A stretch of DNA of 60,553 bases, the filler included, from Malassezia furfur (Eukaryota), in NCBI GenBank assembly GCA_052055015.1. It is 3 parts of 3 records of this genome, joined end to end, with 100 filler letters (N's around TTAATTAATTAA, not from the genome) between each part and the next. Parts side by side here need not be neighbours in the genome. Positions count along the whole stretch, not along the records: positions 20,401 to 40,529 come from JBQJIT010000179.1; positions 40,630 to 60,553 come from JBQJIT010000181.1; 1 more part is not named here. One strand, given 5' to 3'. The first letter of the stretch is position 1. Each line of letters opens with the position of its first letter. Below are positions 33,801-44,915 of the stretch, piece after piece. Below the pieces are notes generated by a model. That model searched no databases and was not told where the DNA came from. It saw nothing but the letters and a program-made list of their open reading frames with translations. The position numbers and the translations under genes were made by a program.

Positions 33801-34050
33801 GGACGACGAGCCGGCCATGTTCCTTGAGGACGAGGACGACCTTGTGCCGTTTGCGCGCTTCGAGGACGACTCCGTCGAGGAGACGGCGACGGCGGGCAAG
33901 AAGCGCCCCGCGGAGGATACCGATGCGGCGCCTACGAGCAAGAACCGTAAGCGCACCGAGCAGCGCCGCAAGCGCCGCGAGGCGCCCGCATTCGCGAGCG
34001 CCGAAGATTATGCCCACATGCTCGCGTCCGACGACGAGGGCAACCTGTAA
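30802..34050 (+). CDS. MAK21: Ribosome biogenesis protein Mak21/Noc1 (CEBPZ, CBF domain)
   Basis: GTLSDRISA, KPEQEHNLL.LL.NKLGD, LTGIRR.FPF, DRYYRTLY.SL.D, YDGRKRDP, HFHPSV, HFLDRFVFRNPK, acidic tail, FASAEDY. Confidence 0.93.
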   Translation: MGRDFRPKGKGGAPRARPKHADTDDEDVPEEELLRQVQALGGDADDVALMRSKGSGTQLNDAQLSSELAEFMKKEHMQLTALSAASPQARAPAKPAKGKAAAPDPQIKDTARPEAKKEAARAEASKKGVARDERNAELPKKGAARKPDAKPAAEARPNGDQQRPRDGSQVASARPAGKHMVFEGDTPRVVTPSSLKLLIEPVSEWTSLPLPTLPAAPAKTPKTVPDATVDALHALGDQVLRDEGETYTRLGNGEGGRNVTLGTLTQSDLQFARTLLTSNKAGTLSDRISAVTLLLQNSPLHNTKALETLMHMAGKPGREEASRATRALADWFASGGGLGPSKLHYFRDQPALRDAAGVYASGTTQALRLCVCVWAYEDLLKKTYFAFVQLLERQSHDTLLFMRKQAVTQIFMLLRDKPEQEHNLLRLLTNKLGDPDRSVASKASTHLMELLHAHPAMKGIVLREVSETVLRSQVVGADAKDGKARGNQHATYYGVLTLNQTLFTTQDAELANEVFSVYFQLFDVCLAQEAAAEKRAPASEGDARDKKRWRDKKAPTSREQVNKAASDVDSRLLAAILTGIRRVFPFTTLSSAALDKHLDTLFRITHTHSFNIAIQALQLVFQVAIGTSRDADAPQFSSQVADRYYRTLYDSLLDTRLATTSKQAMYLNLLYKSLKADLDGERVKAFVKRLCQILALQEPPFICGALVLLSQLFATSPGLRAMLTEPEEEGVEHFADQTEETAPRAQPTQATSLYDGRKRDPRFARAGDTALWDILPLVHHFHPSVSLNAKQLIAGEKVTSNPDLTLNTLMHFLDRFVFRNPKKVSAVKGSSIMQPALSGDLDADVVVRRTQVPLDYVNSAAFWNQRPGNVPADQQFFLQYFQTKQKRAGQAPAPTETHDEAASADEGSDAELSTDDEEEKEIWKAMKRSIPQEREDDVDLDDDDDMLEALEGAEDEESESEEDEGEDAEEDEDEGEDAEDDEGEASLVDEDQSHLAGSDSDDEPAMFLEDEDDLVPFARFEDDSVEETATAGKKRPAEDTDAAPTSKNRKRTEQRRKRREAPAFASAEDYAHMLASDDEGNL

Positions 34051-34086
34051 TGCCATAGCCTCCACATCTTTTTTCCACACGCCAAG

Positions 34087-35424
34087 ATGGCCGCGCGGCG
34101 AACGATCGCGGCGGGGGACGTGGTGATTGTGTTTGTGGTACGTCGCCCCTCTTACGCAGTCGCGCGATCGGACACCGACTGCCGTATGCGTGGAACCTGG
34201 ACAGCAGCTCGTTAACCTGTATGGGACGTTTCCGCACGACGACATGATCGGCAAGCCGTATGGCTGCAAGGTACGCTGCGCCGACTCACGCAGCTCCACG
34301 CCCGCAACCGCAAGGGATTCGTGTACTTGCTCCGCCCTACGCCGGAACTGTGGACCGTGTCGCTCCTGCATCGGACGCAGATCCTGTATGCGCCCGACAT
34401 GTCATTCATCGTCATGAAACTCAACGTCACGCCCGGTGCGGCGGTGATTGAGGCTGGCACCGGCAGCGGTAGCTTTACGCATACGCTCGCGCGTGCCGTT
34501 GCACGCGGTGCACCGGCCGGAAGCGGAGCCGGGCAGCTTCCACCGGCGTGGAATGCCGGTGCGATGCCGGCGTCGGACGCGTTTGGCCCCCTGGACGGCC
34601 GTGTGTACTCCTTCGAGTTTCACGGCGAGCGCGTCGAGCGTGCGCGCGCCGAGTTTGCCGCACACAACCTCGATCGAACCGTGCAGCTGGCGCACCGCAA
34701 CGTGTGCAAGGACGGCTTTGGGCTGGACCACGTCGCGGACGCCGTCTTCCTCGACCTGCCGGCGCCGTGGGAAGCCGTGCCGCATGTTGCCCAGGCAGTG
34801 CGCCGCGACGTGGCGACGCCCATCTGCTGCTTTTCGCCGTGCATTGAGCAGGTGTTGCGGACCGTCGCAGCACTGTCGGAGCACGGCTTCCACGACATCT
34901 CGACGTACGAAAGTCTGATTCGCACGCACGAATCGCTGACGAACGTCGCGCCACTTGAGACGGTCAGTGACGTCGTCGACCGCATTCGTGCGAGTGAGCG
35001 GCGGCGTGAGACCCGGCGCGAGATGCAAATCGCCAACTCGCGGCAGGAGCGCGAGCGCAAGCAGGCAGAGAAGGCGAAGAAAGAGGCTGAGGCCGCCGGC
35101 GAGCCGATGGACGAGGGGACTGCCACACCAAAGGCAAAAGAAAGCGGCACTGCCAGTCAGACCGACGCGCGCGATGCGTCTGACGCGCTGTCTACCAAGC
35201 GCAAGCTCGACGACGCTGACGATGACCTGGAACACAAGCGGCTTAGCGCGCCGGCGGACGACGCCCCCAGCGAGCCACCTGCCGAAATGCTGTACAGTGC
35301 TGGCTTCCGCCAAAAGACCGAGATCCGGCCGATGGTCGCGACGAATGTGTACTCGCGCCCCTTCCCCCAGATGCGGGGACACACGAGCTATTTGACGTTT
35401 GCAACGCTACAGCCGCAGGTCTAG
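34087..35424 (+). CDS. TRM61: tRNA (adenine58-N1)-methyltransferase catalytic subunit
   Basis: PTPELWT.SL.HRTQILY..D, EAGTGSGS, FEFH..R, DAVFLDLPAPW, FSPCIEQV, HTSYLTFA; introns 34138-34159 (22 nt) and 34271-34293 (23 nt). Confidence 0.93.
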
Positions 35425-36230
35425 TGGACATTATACCCCTGCAAGTCTCCTAAGAACGCCGCCTGTGTTGTCGCGATCGGGGTATCGGTAGGCGTATAGT
35501 GGATGCACACGACAAAGTGCTCGGCGCTCGATGCACGGCTGCTGCTCGGCTTGACGAGCTCGACGTGTGCAAAAAGGCGGCGAAGCTGCGCGACAAGCAT
35601 ACGCGATCCCTCGTCGGGCGGATGCGCAAACACCTTGGCGAGGAAGGTGCCGCCCGGGCGCAGCATGCGCAGCGCCATCGTCAGCGCCGCCGTCAGCAGC
35701 TGTGCCTGGGCGTATTCGTCGAGGGCTTGGATGCCCGTCACGTCCGGCGCACCATCGCATACAATCAGATCTGCTTGGTGCGTCATCGCACCATGCTGAG
35801 CATCACGAAAGGCGCGTTCCACGGCCTGCGCGGTCGCCTCAGTGGTGATGTCGCCGACGACCTGCACGACACCGTCCAAAGGTGCCATGGCCTGCAGGTC
35901 GACGGCGACGATAAATGCGCCGCTGCTGCTCAGTGAGCGTCTCAGCACCTGACTCCAGGAGCCTGGCGCTGCACACAGGTCCACGACGTAGCCTGGTTGT
36001 GCTGCAGGCGCTGCAATGGCGCGGTACACCGTCGACCCGAGCGGCCCTAGCAGGTCGACGAGCGCCTTTTCGCTTGGTGCGAGCTGTGCAGCAAGCGCAT
36101 GCGACTTGCCTCCAAACAGCCCAAACTCCTCGTCGAGCTGCAGCAACTTGAAGGCAGACCGCGCGCGGTAGCCCTCCTGCTTGCCCTGCCGGTAGAACGG
36201 GTCGCGCTGGTCCTTGGTCGACTTTCCCAT
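35421..36230 (-). CDS. TRM7: tRNA (C32/N34-2'-O)-methyltransferase, FtsJ family
   Basis: MGKSTKDQRD.FYR..K.EGYRARSAFKLLQLDE, VDLCAAPGSWSQV, CDGAPDVTG, KP.SSR.SS.E. Confidence 0.93.
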   Translation of the reverse strand: MGKSTKDQRDPFYRQGKQEGYRARSAFKLLQLDEEFGLFGGKSHALAAQLAPSEKALVDLLGPLGSTVYRAIAAPAAQPGYVVDLCAAPGSWSQVLRRSLSSSGAFIVAVDLQAMAPLDGVVQVVGDITTEATAQAVERAFRDAQHGAMTHQADLIVCDGAPDVTGIQALDEYAQAQLLTAALTMALRMLRPGGTFLAKVFAHPPDEGSRMLVAQLRRLFAHVELVKPSSSRASSAEHFVVCIHYTPTDTPIATTQAAFLGDLQGYNVH

Positions 36231-36253
36231 CCGCCGTGGAGGTGTGGAGGGGT

Positions 36254-37769
36254 ATGGACGCCGACGCGATTGCGAAAAAGCGTGCGGAGCGTGCGGCGCG
36301 CAAGCAGCAAGGCGCTCAGACGAACGAGCCGCCGCCGCTGCCTCTCGAGCAACTGATCCGTGTGCGTGAGTGGGTGCCGGTGCGCGATGCACCAGAGGGC
36401 AAGCGTCTCCGCGTCGTGAGCTGGAACATGCTCGCTCAGTCGCTCGTGCGCCGTGAGCTGTTCCCTGGCAGCGACTGTTTGAAAAACAAAGACCGTTTCC
36501 CGGGTCTCGAGGCGGAACTGGTGGCCTACGACTGGGACATTGGGTGCTTTCAGGAGGTAGACTGCATCCAAGAACATGCGGCGACGCTCAAGCGGCACGG
36601 CTACGGTCATGTATTCGAGCGAGGCTATGATAACAAGCAGCATGGTCTGATGATTGCGTGGCGCGCAGATCCCAATGCACGCGTGTCGTTTGATGCGCCG
36701 ATATACAAGCGCGTCGTGTACTATGACGACGCGCGGCCCAGGGAGCTGTATGCGCGCACGCATCCGGACGCGGAGCCTGTCGGCGACGACGAGACCGACG
36801 ATGGGGCATCGTATGCGCCCGACGCTGCGATGGGCTCCGCGGATGCTGCATCGGCCACAAGCGTCTCGCGACTGACGCGCAACATTGCGTTGATTGTCGC
36901 ATTGGCCGACAGTTCGTACAAGAGCGGCGTGATTGTCGCAACGACGCACCTGTTCTGGCACCCCAAGTACGCATATGAGCGCGTGCGACAGGCTGCAATC
37001 CTGGTGCAGGAAATCGAGGCGTTCCGAACGGACCCCGCGCACGCCGATATTGCACAGTGGCCGGTGGTGCTGGCCGGCGACTTTAACGATCAGCCGCATT
37101 CGCCGACCTATACGCTGCTCACCGGTCAGGGCCGCTCGTACGAGCACGAGCTACGTACGGCGCTACGTGAGTCGTGTATTGTGCACTCGTCGGTGGATGA
37201 CGTGCGTGACATGCGCACGGCGAACTATGCTCACACGTCGACCGAGTCGGGCGACTCGGACCGCGTGTTGGGCCGCTTCCGCCCGCCGGCGCGGCAGGAG
37301 CTGCTGTCATTGGAAGAGATTCAGCGCATGTTTGCACTGCCGGCGCACGAGGGCGTAGGGTACCTACAGAGCGTGTATGGCGCGGCGCTCCCCCGCCTCG
37401 TCACGGACGAGTCCGGAACGTATTTCCGCGTACGTCGTACCTACTGACCTCAGGATCGCGGCACCAAGCCCGAACGTTACGACGAAACCGAGCGTGCGCC
37501 GCCCACCGACCCGCGGCAGTGCATGAGCACTGAGCCGATGTGGACAATGTACTCGTCGCTCTTCCATCTGACACTCGGTACGCTGCGCGCGCACTTACAC
37601 AGACTACATCATGCTCTTCCCCCGGCCATCAACGGCGCGCGACTACCCGCCGATCACGGCGCTGCTGCGCCCGCACCCCGACGCGGTGCTTGCGCCCGGT
37701 GTGCCGCGCAAAGGCGTGTGCAGCTCTGATCATGTGATGCTCGGCGTAGAATTCCTCGTAGGTCCCTGA
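36254..37769 (+). CDS. CCR4/Ngl-family EEP exonuclease (Ngl2-like)
   Basis: SWNMLAQSLVRRELFPGS, FQEVD, TTHLFWHP.Y.YER.RQ, AGDFN, TL|DYI, SSDH; introns 37430-37453 (24 nt) and 37578-37602 (25 nt). Confidence 0.88.
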
Positions 37770-37782
37770 GTCCGTGCGCGCG

Positions 37783-39312
37783 ATGCCGTCGTGGACGCGG
37801 GCGGTGTCCGTGGCCCTGCAGGCGCCGCGGCCGGTGCAGGTGCTGCGTGGGTTATGGTGCGCGCTGGTTGTCTATGTCGAACGCGTCGCGTTCGTGCTTG
37901 CGACGGCCTCGTGCCGCCTCCCGGCCTCGGCGTCGGCGCAACGTGTGCTGATTGTGAGCGATCCACAGGTGGTGGGACGCGGCACGTACGCCGATACCCC
38001 CGCGCCACTCTTCCACATCCTGCGCTTCTTCTCGGATCAGTATGTACGCAAAGCATGGCGCGCGTTGCGCTCCGTCGCGGCGCCGCGCGCCGATCTTGTC
38101 GTGCTCCTTGGCGACCTGTCCGACCGCGGGCGATGGTACACGGCGCACGACGCATGGTACGCGCTGCAGAGACGCTGGGAGCGCCTCTTCCGTGGGATTG
38201 CGATTGTGCGCTCGGCGCGGTCGCCCGCACGCGCTCTCCCGGCGCTTGTCGTGCCCGGCAACCACGACATTGGTCTGCCCGACGCTCGCACCGGGCAGCC
38301 GACGCCCGCGAACGCCGCGGCCGCTGCATGGTTCCGCGAGACATTTGCACCGCACGTCGACGCTACGTATACCCTGGCCAATACGTCGAACGCGTCTTGG
38401 AACGCGCGTGTTCCCCTTGCGGTACGCGGCAGCGAACCAACGCATGAATTGGTGCTGGTCGACGCGCTGGATCTCGTGAGCATGCAGCCACTTCTGGCGC
38501 TGCCGTTTGACTCGGGGGGCTCCCATCTTGCGGCAGCCAAGGCGCGTGCGCCGCAGACCGCCGCGATGATCGACGCCCTCGGCGCGGAGCTGGCGCAGCC
38601 CGGTCCGCATCCCGTTCGCGTGCTCTTTTCGCACGTCCCGCTTGCTCGCAGTGCAACGGAGCGCTCGTGCGATGTGCCGTGGCGCACGGCGCAGCACGGC
38701 GTACGGCGCGAGTCGCACCGTGCGCGCGTCCCGGGCGGAGCCATCCTCCAAGGCGGCGACCTCGCACGGACCTACCAGAACCTCGTGCAGCCGGACGTCT
38801 CGGCGTGGGTGCTGGGTGCCGTGCAGCCTGCAGCTGTGTTCTCAGGCGACGACCACGACCATTGCGAAATCGTGCATCGCGCACGGCGCCCGCAGGCCGC
38901 TGGTGACGGTGGCGTACCCGGGTTTGCGCGTGACGACGTCCCTGAGCTAACGGTCAAGGCGGTATCGATGCTCGAAGGCGTGCGTCGCCCGGGTTATGCG
39001 TGGCTTGCACTCGATGTGCAGCCAGACGGCACGCCGTACGTGGCCTACACGCCGTGCCTACTGCCGGATCAGGTACAGCTGTGGCTGCTTGTATATGTCC
39101 CCTTCTTGGTCATGACGCTGGCGTACGTCGCGTGGTGGCGCACGAAACACTCCTATACCATCTTGCCCCAGCATACGGACGACGTGCCGATGCACGCGCT
39201 CGGCACGCCGCGTCCTCGGGCGCCGCAGCAACGCACGCCGCGGCGCTTTCTTCGTACCGTTGGCGCGATTGCGGTACCCCCCGTGGTCGTATGGCTTGCG
39301 CTACAGCACTAA
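37783..39312 (+). CDS. Calcineurin-like metallophosphoesterase, Cdc1/MPPE1 (GPI remodelling) family
   Basis: SDPQ, LGDL.D.GR, PGNHDIG, FSHVPL, FSGDDHDHC, C.LPDQ, with N- and C-terminal TM segments. Confidence 0.82.
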   Translation: MPSWTRAVSVALQAPRPVQVLRGLWCALVVYVERVAFVLATASCRLPASASAQRVLIVSDPQVVGRGTYADTPAPLFHILRFFSDQYVRKAWRALRSVAAPRADLVVLLGDLSDRGRWYTAHDAWYALQRRWERLFRGIAIVRSARSPARALPALVVPGNHDIGLPDARTGQPTPANAAAAAWFRETFAPHVDATYTLANTSNASWNARVPLAVRGSEPTHELVLVDALDLVSMQPLLALPFDSGGSHLAAAKARAPQTAAMIDALGAELAQPGPHPVRVLFSHVPLARSATERSCDVPWRTAQHGVRRESHRARVPGGAILQGGDLARTYQNLVQPDVSAWVLGAVQPAAVFSGDDHDHCEIVHRARRPQAAGDGGVPGFARDDVPELTVKAVSMLEGVRRPGYAWLALDVQPDGTPYVAYTPCLLPDQVQLWLLVYVPFLVMTLAYVAWWRTKHSYTILPQHTDDVPMHALGTPRPRAPQQRTPRRFLRTVGAIAVPPVVVWLALQH

Positions 39313-40350
39313 GGTGCGGCACTCGCCTCGAGCGCCGCGTTCGGCACGAGGCCGAGGTCTTTGAGCGACGCACTGCGCTCGCCGGCGGTAAAGGTGCGCC
39401 GCGGGAACGTCGTCGAGAACTGCAGCATCGATGCACCGCCGCCATGCCCGGCTTTGAGGACGGCGGACTCGAGGTCGGCGAGCGTCGCTGTCGCCGGCAA
39501 CACGCCCATCCACTGTCCACCCGGCGCACGCACGCGCAACCGCGACTCGGTTGCGGTGCTCGCCTTGGGCACGGGCGGTGCGGCGGGGGCGTTGCCTGCG
39601 GGCGCTGCACCGGGCAGCGGTGCGCCCTCGCGTGCGGCCTTTTCGCGCGCGGCCTTTTCTGCCCGGCGGCGCTTGTCTTCCTCGATCTGCGCCTTGACGC
39701 GCGCTTTGGCGGCGGCATCCTCGAGCTTTTCGCGGCGCTTGCGTTCAGCATCCTTGAGGCGTTCTGGGTAAGGTGGGCTGCCTACCTTTGCGTTCGAGCT
39801 CCTCGCGTGCCTGCCCTGCGTCCTGCCCCGCCTTACGCCGGATCAGCTCGTTAGCGCGACGCTCCTCGGCGTCCTGCGTGGCCTGCTTGGCGCGCTTCTC
39901 CTGCATCTTGGCACGCACTGGAGTGAGTGGGCACGACGTACGTTCGGCAAGGCGCTGCTTCTTCTCCTCCTCGGTGAGCGGCTTGATTTCCTCGGTGCTC
40001 TCCTCAAAGTCGTCGTGGCCCGACTTGTCTGCATGGTACATAGCAAGGTCCATGTCGCGGAACACCTTGCCACATGTGCCGCACCGGATGGACTGCGTGA
40101 GTAAGTACCACGTACTTTGGCCATCGTGTCGTTTGTGCCTGCCGCATCGCCGTTGGTGCCGGCGCCCGCGGGGGTGTCCTTCCAGTTCTCCGGCATCGGC
40201 TCGTCCTGGTGCGCCTCGAGATGATCAAGTGCCGCCTGGAGTCCGCCAGCGTTGGTCGCATGTAGTGCCCAGTCGACACGTTCAGGCGCAAAGCCCATCT
40301 CCAGCACTGCGTCAGTGCCGGCGCCACCTACGCGTCTCTCGGTCCCCCAT
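39309..40350 (-). CDS. UBA + C2H2 zinc finger + coiled-coil + UBX protein (UBXN1/SAKS1-like Cdc48 cofactor)
   Basis: LLEMGF (UBA), SIRCGTCGKVF.....YHA.KSGH.DFEESTEEIKPLTEEEK, TTFPRR..SLKDLGLVPNA (UBX); introns 40307-40331, 40093-40115, 39918-39941, 39764-39785. Confidence 0.88.
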
Positions 40351-40396
40351 GGTGTCGTGTGCGAAGGTCAGTGCGCAGCACGTGATGCTATGGACG

Positions 40397-40529
40397 CTAG
40401 CCGGGGAGCGGCCCCTCGAACGTGAGGGCCACGCGCCGTTTTTTCTTGGGCGCGCCGGCGCCATCGGGCGCGGCGGGCGCGGCGGGCGCGGCAGGGTCGC
40501 CAGACGTAGCTGGAGCAGCAGGCGCGGCG
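40397..40529 (-). CDS. C-terminal fragment of a gene hidden in the gap; resembles the CAF-1 subunit Cac2/p60 tail
   Basis: Translates as AAPAAPATSGDPAAPAAPAAPDGAGAPKKKRRVALTFEGPLPG*; KKRRV resembles the Asf1-binding B-domain or an NLS. Identity is inference. Confidence 0.45.
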
Positions 40530-40629
40530 NNNNNNNNNNNNNNNNNNNNNNNNNNNNNNNNNNNNNNNNNNNNTTAATTAATTAANNNNNNNNNNNNNNN
40601 NNNNNNNNNNNNNNNNNNNNNNNNNNNNN
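40530..40629. other. Assembly gap with artificial TTAATTAATTAA spacer
   Basis: N run with the central spacer, same as 20301-20400. Confidence 0.97.
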
Positions 40630-42442
<1,813 letters not shown>

Positions 42443-42633
42443 TCATTCCACTTTCAGAACTGTACCGACGGCCGCGCGTGCCTTTTCCCCGCCGCCGCCA
42501 CCACGTCGGACCAATCAGCACGTGCGCACTACACGCGCCGCTCGAAATTAAGACGCGCGGCGGCGCAACCGGCCGCACCGGCCAGGGATGTCGAGCACAG
42601 TTTGTACAATCTACACGTCATAACATAGCACCA

Positions 42634-44358
42634 CTACAAACACAAATCATACTCACTGCCACTGTCATGCAGATCAATGGCAGGACTTTCGTAGGGACAA
42701 CCCATAGGGTCCTGCGGGTAGGGGAAATCGCACCGCCGCGGTTCGTCCGGCAACGAGGCAAGCGAATCGGTCGACGCGCTCGGCGACGAGGTCGCCGCAC
42801 TCACATTTGTGCCAGGCAGCGGGGGAGGCGGCGCATTCAGACCAAAGCGTGCTGCAAGCACCGAGCCCAGCTCCGACGTCGACGACGACCGGCCGAGCTT
42901 CGATCGCTGCTGCTGCGACGCACGTGGCACCATCTGCTTGCGCTGGTACCGCAGCCGGCGCAAATCCCGCAACGGGTCAGCCGGCTCGTGCTGCGGTGTG
43001 GACGACATGGACGCAGGCGCACTGCATGTTGCATTCACATCGGCACGTGCATCGGCCATGGGGAGCGGCGGCATGCTGGGGGCGGTCCGCACCGACTCTG
43101 CGTCGTCACGCTCGGGCGAGGCAGGCGCTTCTTCCGACGCGATCTGCACCTTGGCACCCCGCAGCGATGAGCATCGCGATTTAAGCAGGTCCAACGACAT
43201 ACTCAGCTCGCGGAGCTCCTTCAAGTCCTTATCGCACAGGCGATTGTTAATCGGGCACGACTTGCGGTCGTAGTCCACAGGACTGTGCGTGCGCACCTCG
43301 ATGGGCGCATCGCTACTGAAGCGCACGCAACTGCGGCCACCCGTGCGGCAACGGCGGCTGTTGCGCTTGTCGTCCTTGGACACCAGCGAGGACTTAAGCG
43401 TCGGCGTACTCGCACTTGCGCCCGTGCGACGGAGCGCCGACGGCGCTCGACGGCGCGGGCGCGGCGTCGTCGACCGGGCTCTCATCTTCCGCGCCGAGTC
43501 CGGGTCGTGTGCGTTCAGTGTCGATACGCTTGACGAAAGACTGCTGCCCCCCTCCTCGTCATCAGAGGGAGCGTCGTTCGCAGGCTCAGCGGGATCGGTG
43601 ACCACATGGCACAACGGCGAGGGAACGGGCGGTACGGTATCCTTGATGGCGGCAGCTGTCGCAGGTATCGGCGGACCCGAAGGGAGCTGGCGCTCCCAGT
43701 CGTAGCTAGGGCCCGCGTCGGCAACGTGGTTTGTGGAGGGCGAGGGCGGCGTCGGCACGTCGTCACTGTCCGCAATGAGCTGAAACACGCGCCCTTTGCG
43801 GTGCAGGTTGGAGTATGGCCCGGGCGACGGGTCGCGTGCAATGTCTTTTTCACCTGGCATCGGTGTGTCCGAGGTGTCGTCCGGTTCAAGGCCATGACGA
43901 GCCATAACCTGACGGGGCGTCCGGGGTGTGGACGCCATTTCGGTATCTTGGTCAGCGTCCTTCGACGCGTCCGACGAGAGAGTGAGTGCGTCTTTGGCAG
44001 TACACGCCAGCTCGTCTTCTTCCGATACCGGCTCCAACTCGGGCTCAAGCTCAAATTCGTCCAGGTCCAGGTAGTCACCGTGATACAGTGAAGAGTTCAA
44101 GCTTGATAAGCTGCTGGAGCTGCCAAACGTGGACTCGGTGAGTGGACTGGTGCCGAGGTGCGGTGTGGCCGCCTCAGAACTCGGCGAGAAATGGTCGATA
44201 GGGACAGGTACAGCACGCACCTCCGCACGGCCACCGACATTTTCGAAATGCGAGGGACGGTCTTGAGACTTGTACAGTCCCAAGACCTTGCCTGTATCTG
44301 GTGGTTCATCGGTGGCAGTGGTGAGTGCTTCTTCCGTTCCATGCATAATCAGGGGCAT
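42634..44358 (-). CDS. Largely disordered protein with a PP1-docking-like motif (Bni4/neurabin-type)
   Basis: 574-aa ORF; SCVRFSSDAPIEVRTHSPVDYDRKS resembles RVxF plus the S..xYDR PP1-binding module. Confidence 0.6.
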   Translation of the reverse strand: MPLIMHGTEEALTTATDEPPDTGKVLGLYKSQDRPSHFENVGGRAEVRAVPVPIDHFSPSSEAATPHLGTSPLTESTFGSSSSLSSLNSSLYHGDYLDLDEFELEPELEPVSEEDELACTAKDALTLSSDASKDADQDTEMASTPRTPRQVMARHGLEPDDTSDTPMPGEKDIARDPSPGPYSNLHRKGRVFQLIADSDDVPTPPSPSTNHVADAGPSYDWERQLPSGPPIPATAAAIKDTVPPVPSPLCHVVTDPAEPANDAPSDDEEGGSSLSSSVSTLNAHDPDSARKMRARSTTPRPRRRAPSALRRTGASASTPTLKSSLVSKDDKRNSRRCRTGGRSCVRFSSDAPIEVRTHSPVDYDRKSCPINNRLCDKDLKELRELSMSLDLLKSRCSSLRGAKVQIASEEAPASPERDDAESVRTAPSMPPLPMADARADVNATCSAPASMSSTPQHEPADPLRDLRRLRYQRKQMVPRASQQQRSKLGRSSSTSELGSVLAARFGLNAPPPPLPGTNVSAATSSPSASTDSLASLPDEPRRCDFPYPQDPMGCPYESPAIDLHDSGSEYDLCL

Positions 44359-44915
44359 AATGGAACAAAAGTGAGAATCGCGGGGTAGGCAGTACGCGAG
44401 GCGTCAATCCGGTAGAGGCTATAACGGCACGCTAGGCATACCGTGTCCTTTTTTTTGGAGCACACGCGGATCAACAGGGTAGAAGCGTGTTACCGTAGAA
44501 GAAGCGGAACGCGGGGACGGCACGGCCGCGTTACCACCAACAAAGGCTGGAAGGGGAGCACGGAAGGAACGCACAGCTGCCACTGCCCCATGTAACTGAG
44601 GCGCACCAAATGGCTCGAACCACCTTGTGTTGTCCGGCATGACCACCCTGCGCGTGGGCTATGCAAACGTAAGCAACAGCCAATATGCGGGCCCAACGCG
44701 TAAAGCGGGGCTGCGCGATTTTGGATTCGATTGCACCTACATGCATGAGGGGACCAATCCCCGCACGCGTTCATTATCCAATGAGGGACCTCGGTGTGTC
44801 CCTGGTGACATGAAGAACTATATGTTCTCACATGACTGTTATCACGTGATACAGACGAACCAAGACACCAGGGTGGTCGAGCGCTTCTTCACGTCGACAG
44901 CAGTCTACATTCAAG

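Noticed and set aside
34087..36230. Two tRNA methyltransferases side by side (plus TRM112 elsewhere) as a tRNA-modification cluster
   Set aside because: Different families and complexes, convergent orientation and no shared promoter; only the stop overlap is reported.
44359..44915. ORFs of 70-170 aa between the orphan gene and RPL11, and at 19494-20072
   Set aside because: No homology motifs and atypical codon usage; more likely promoter or UTR DNA.
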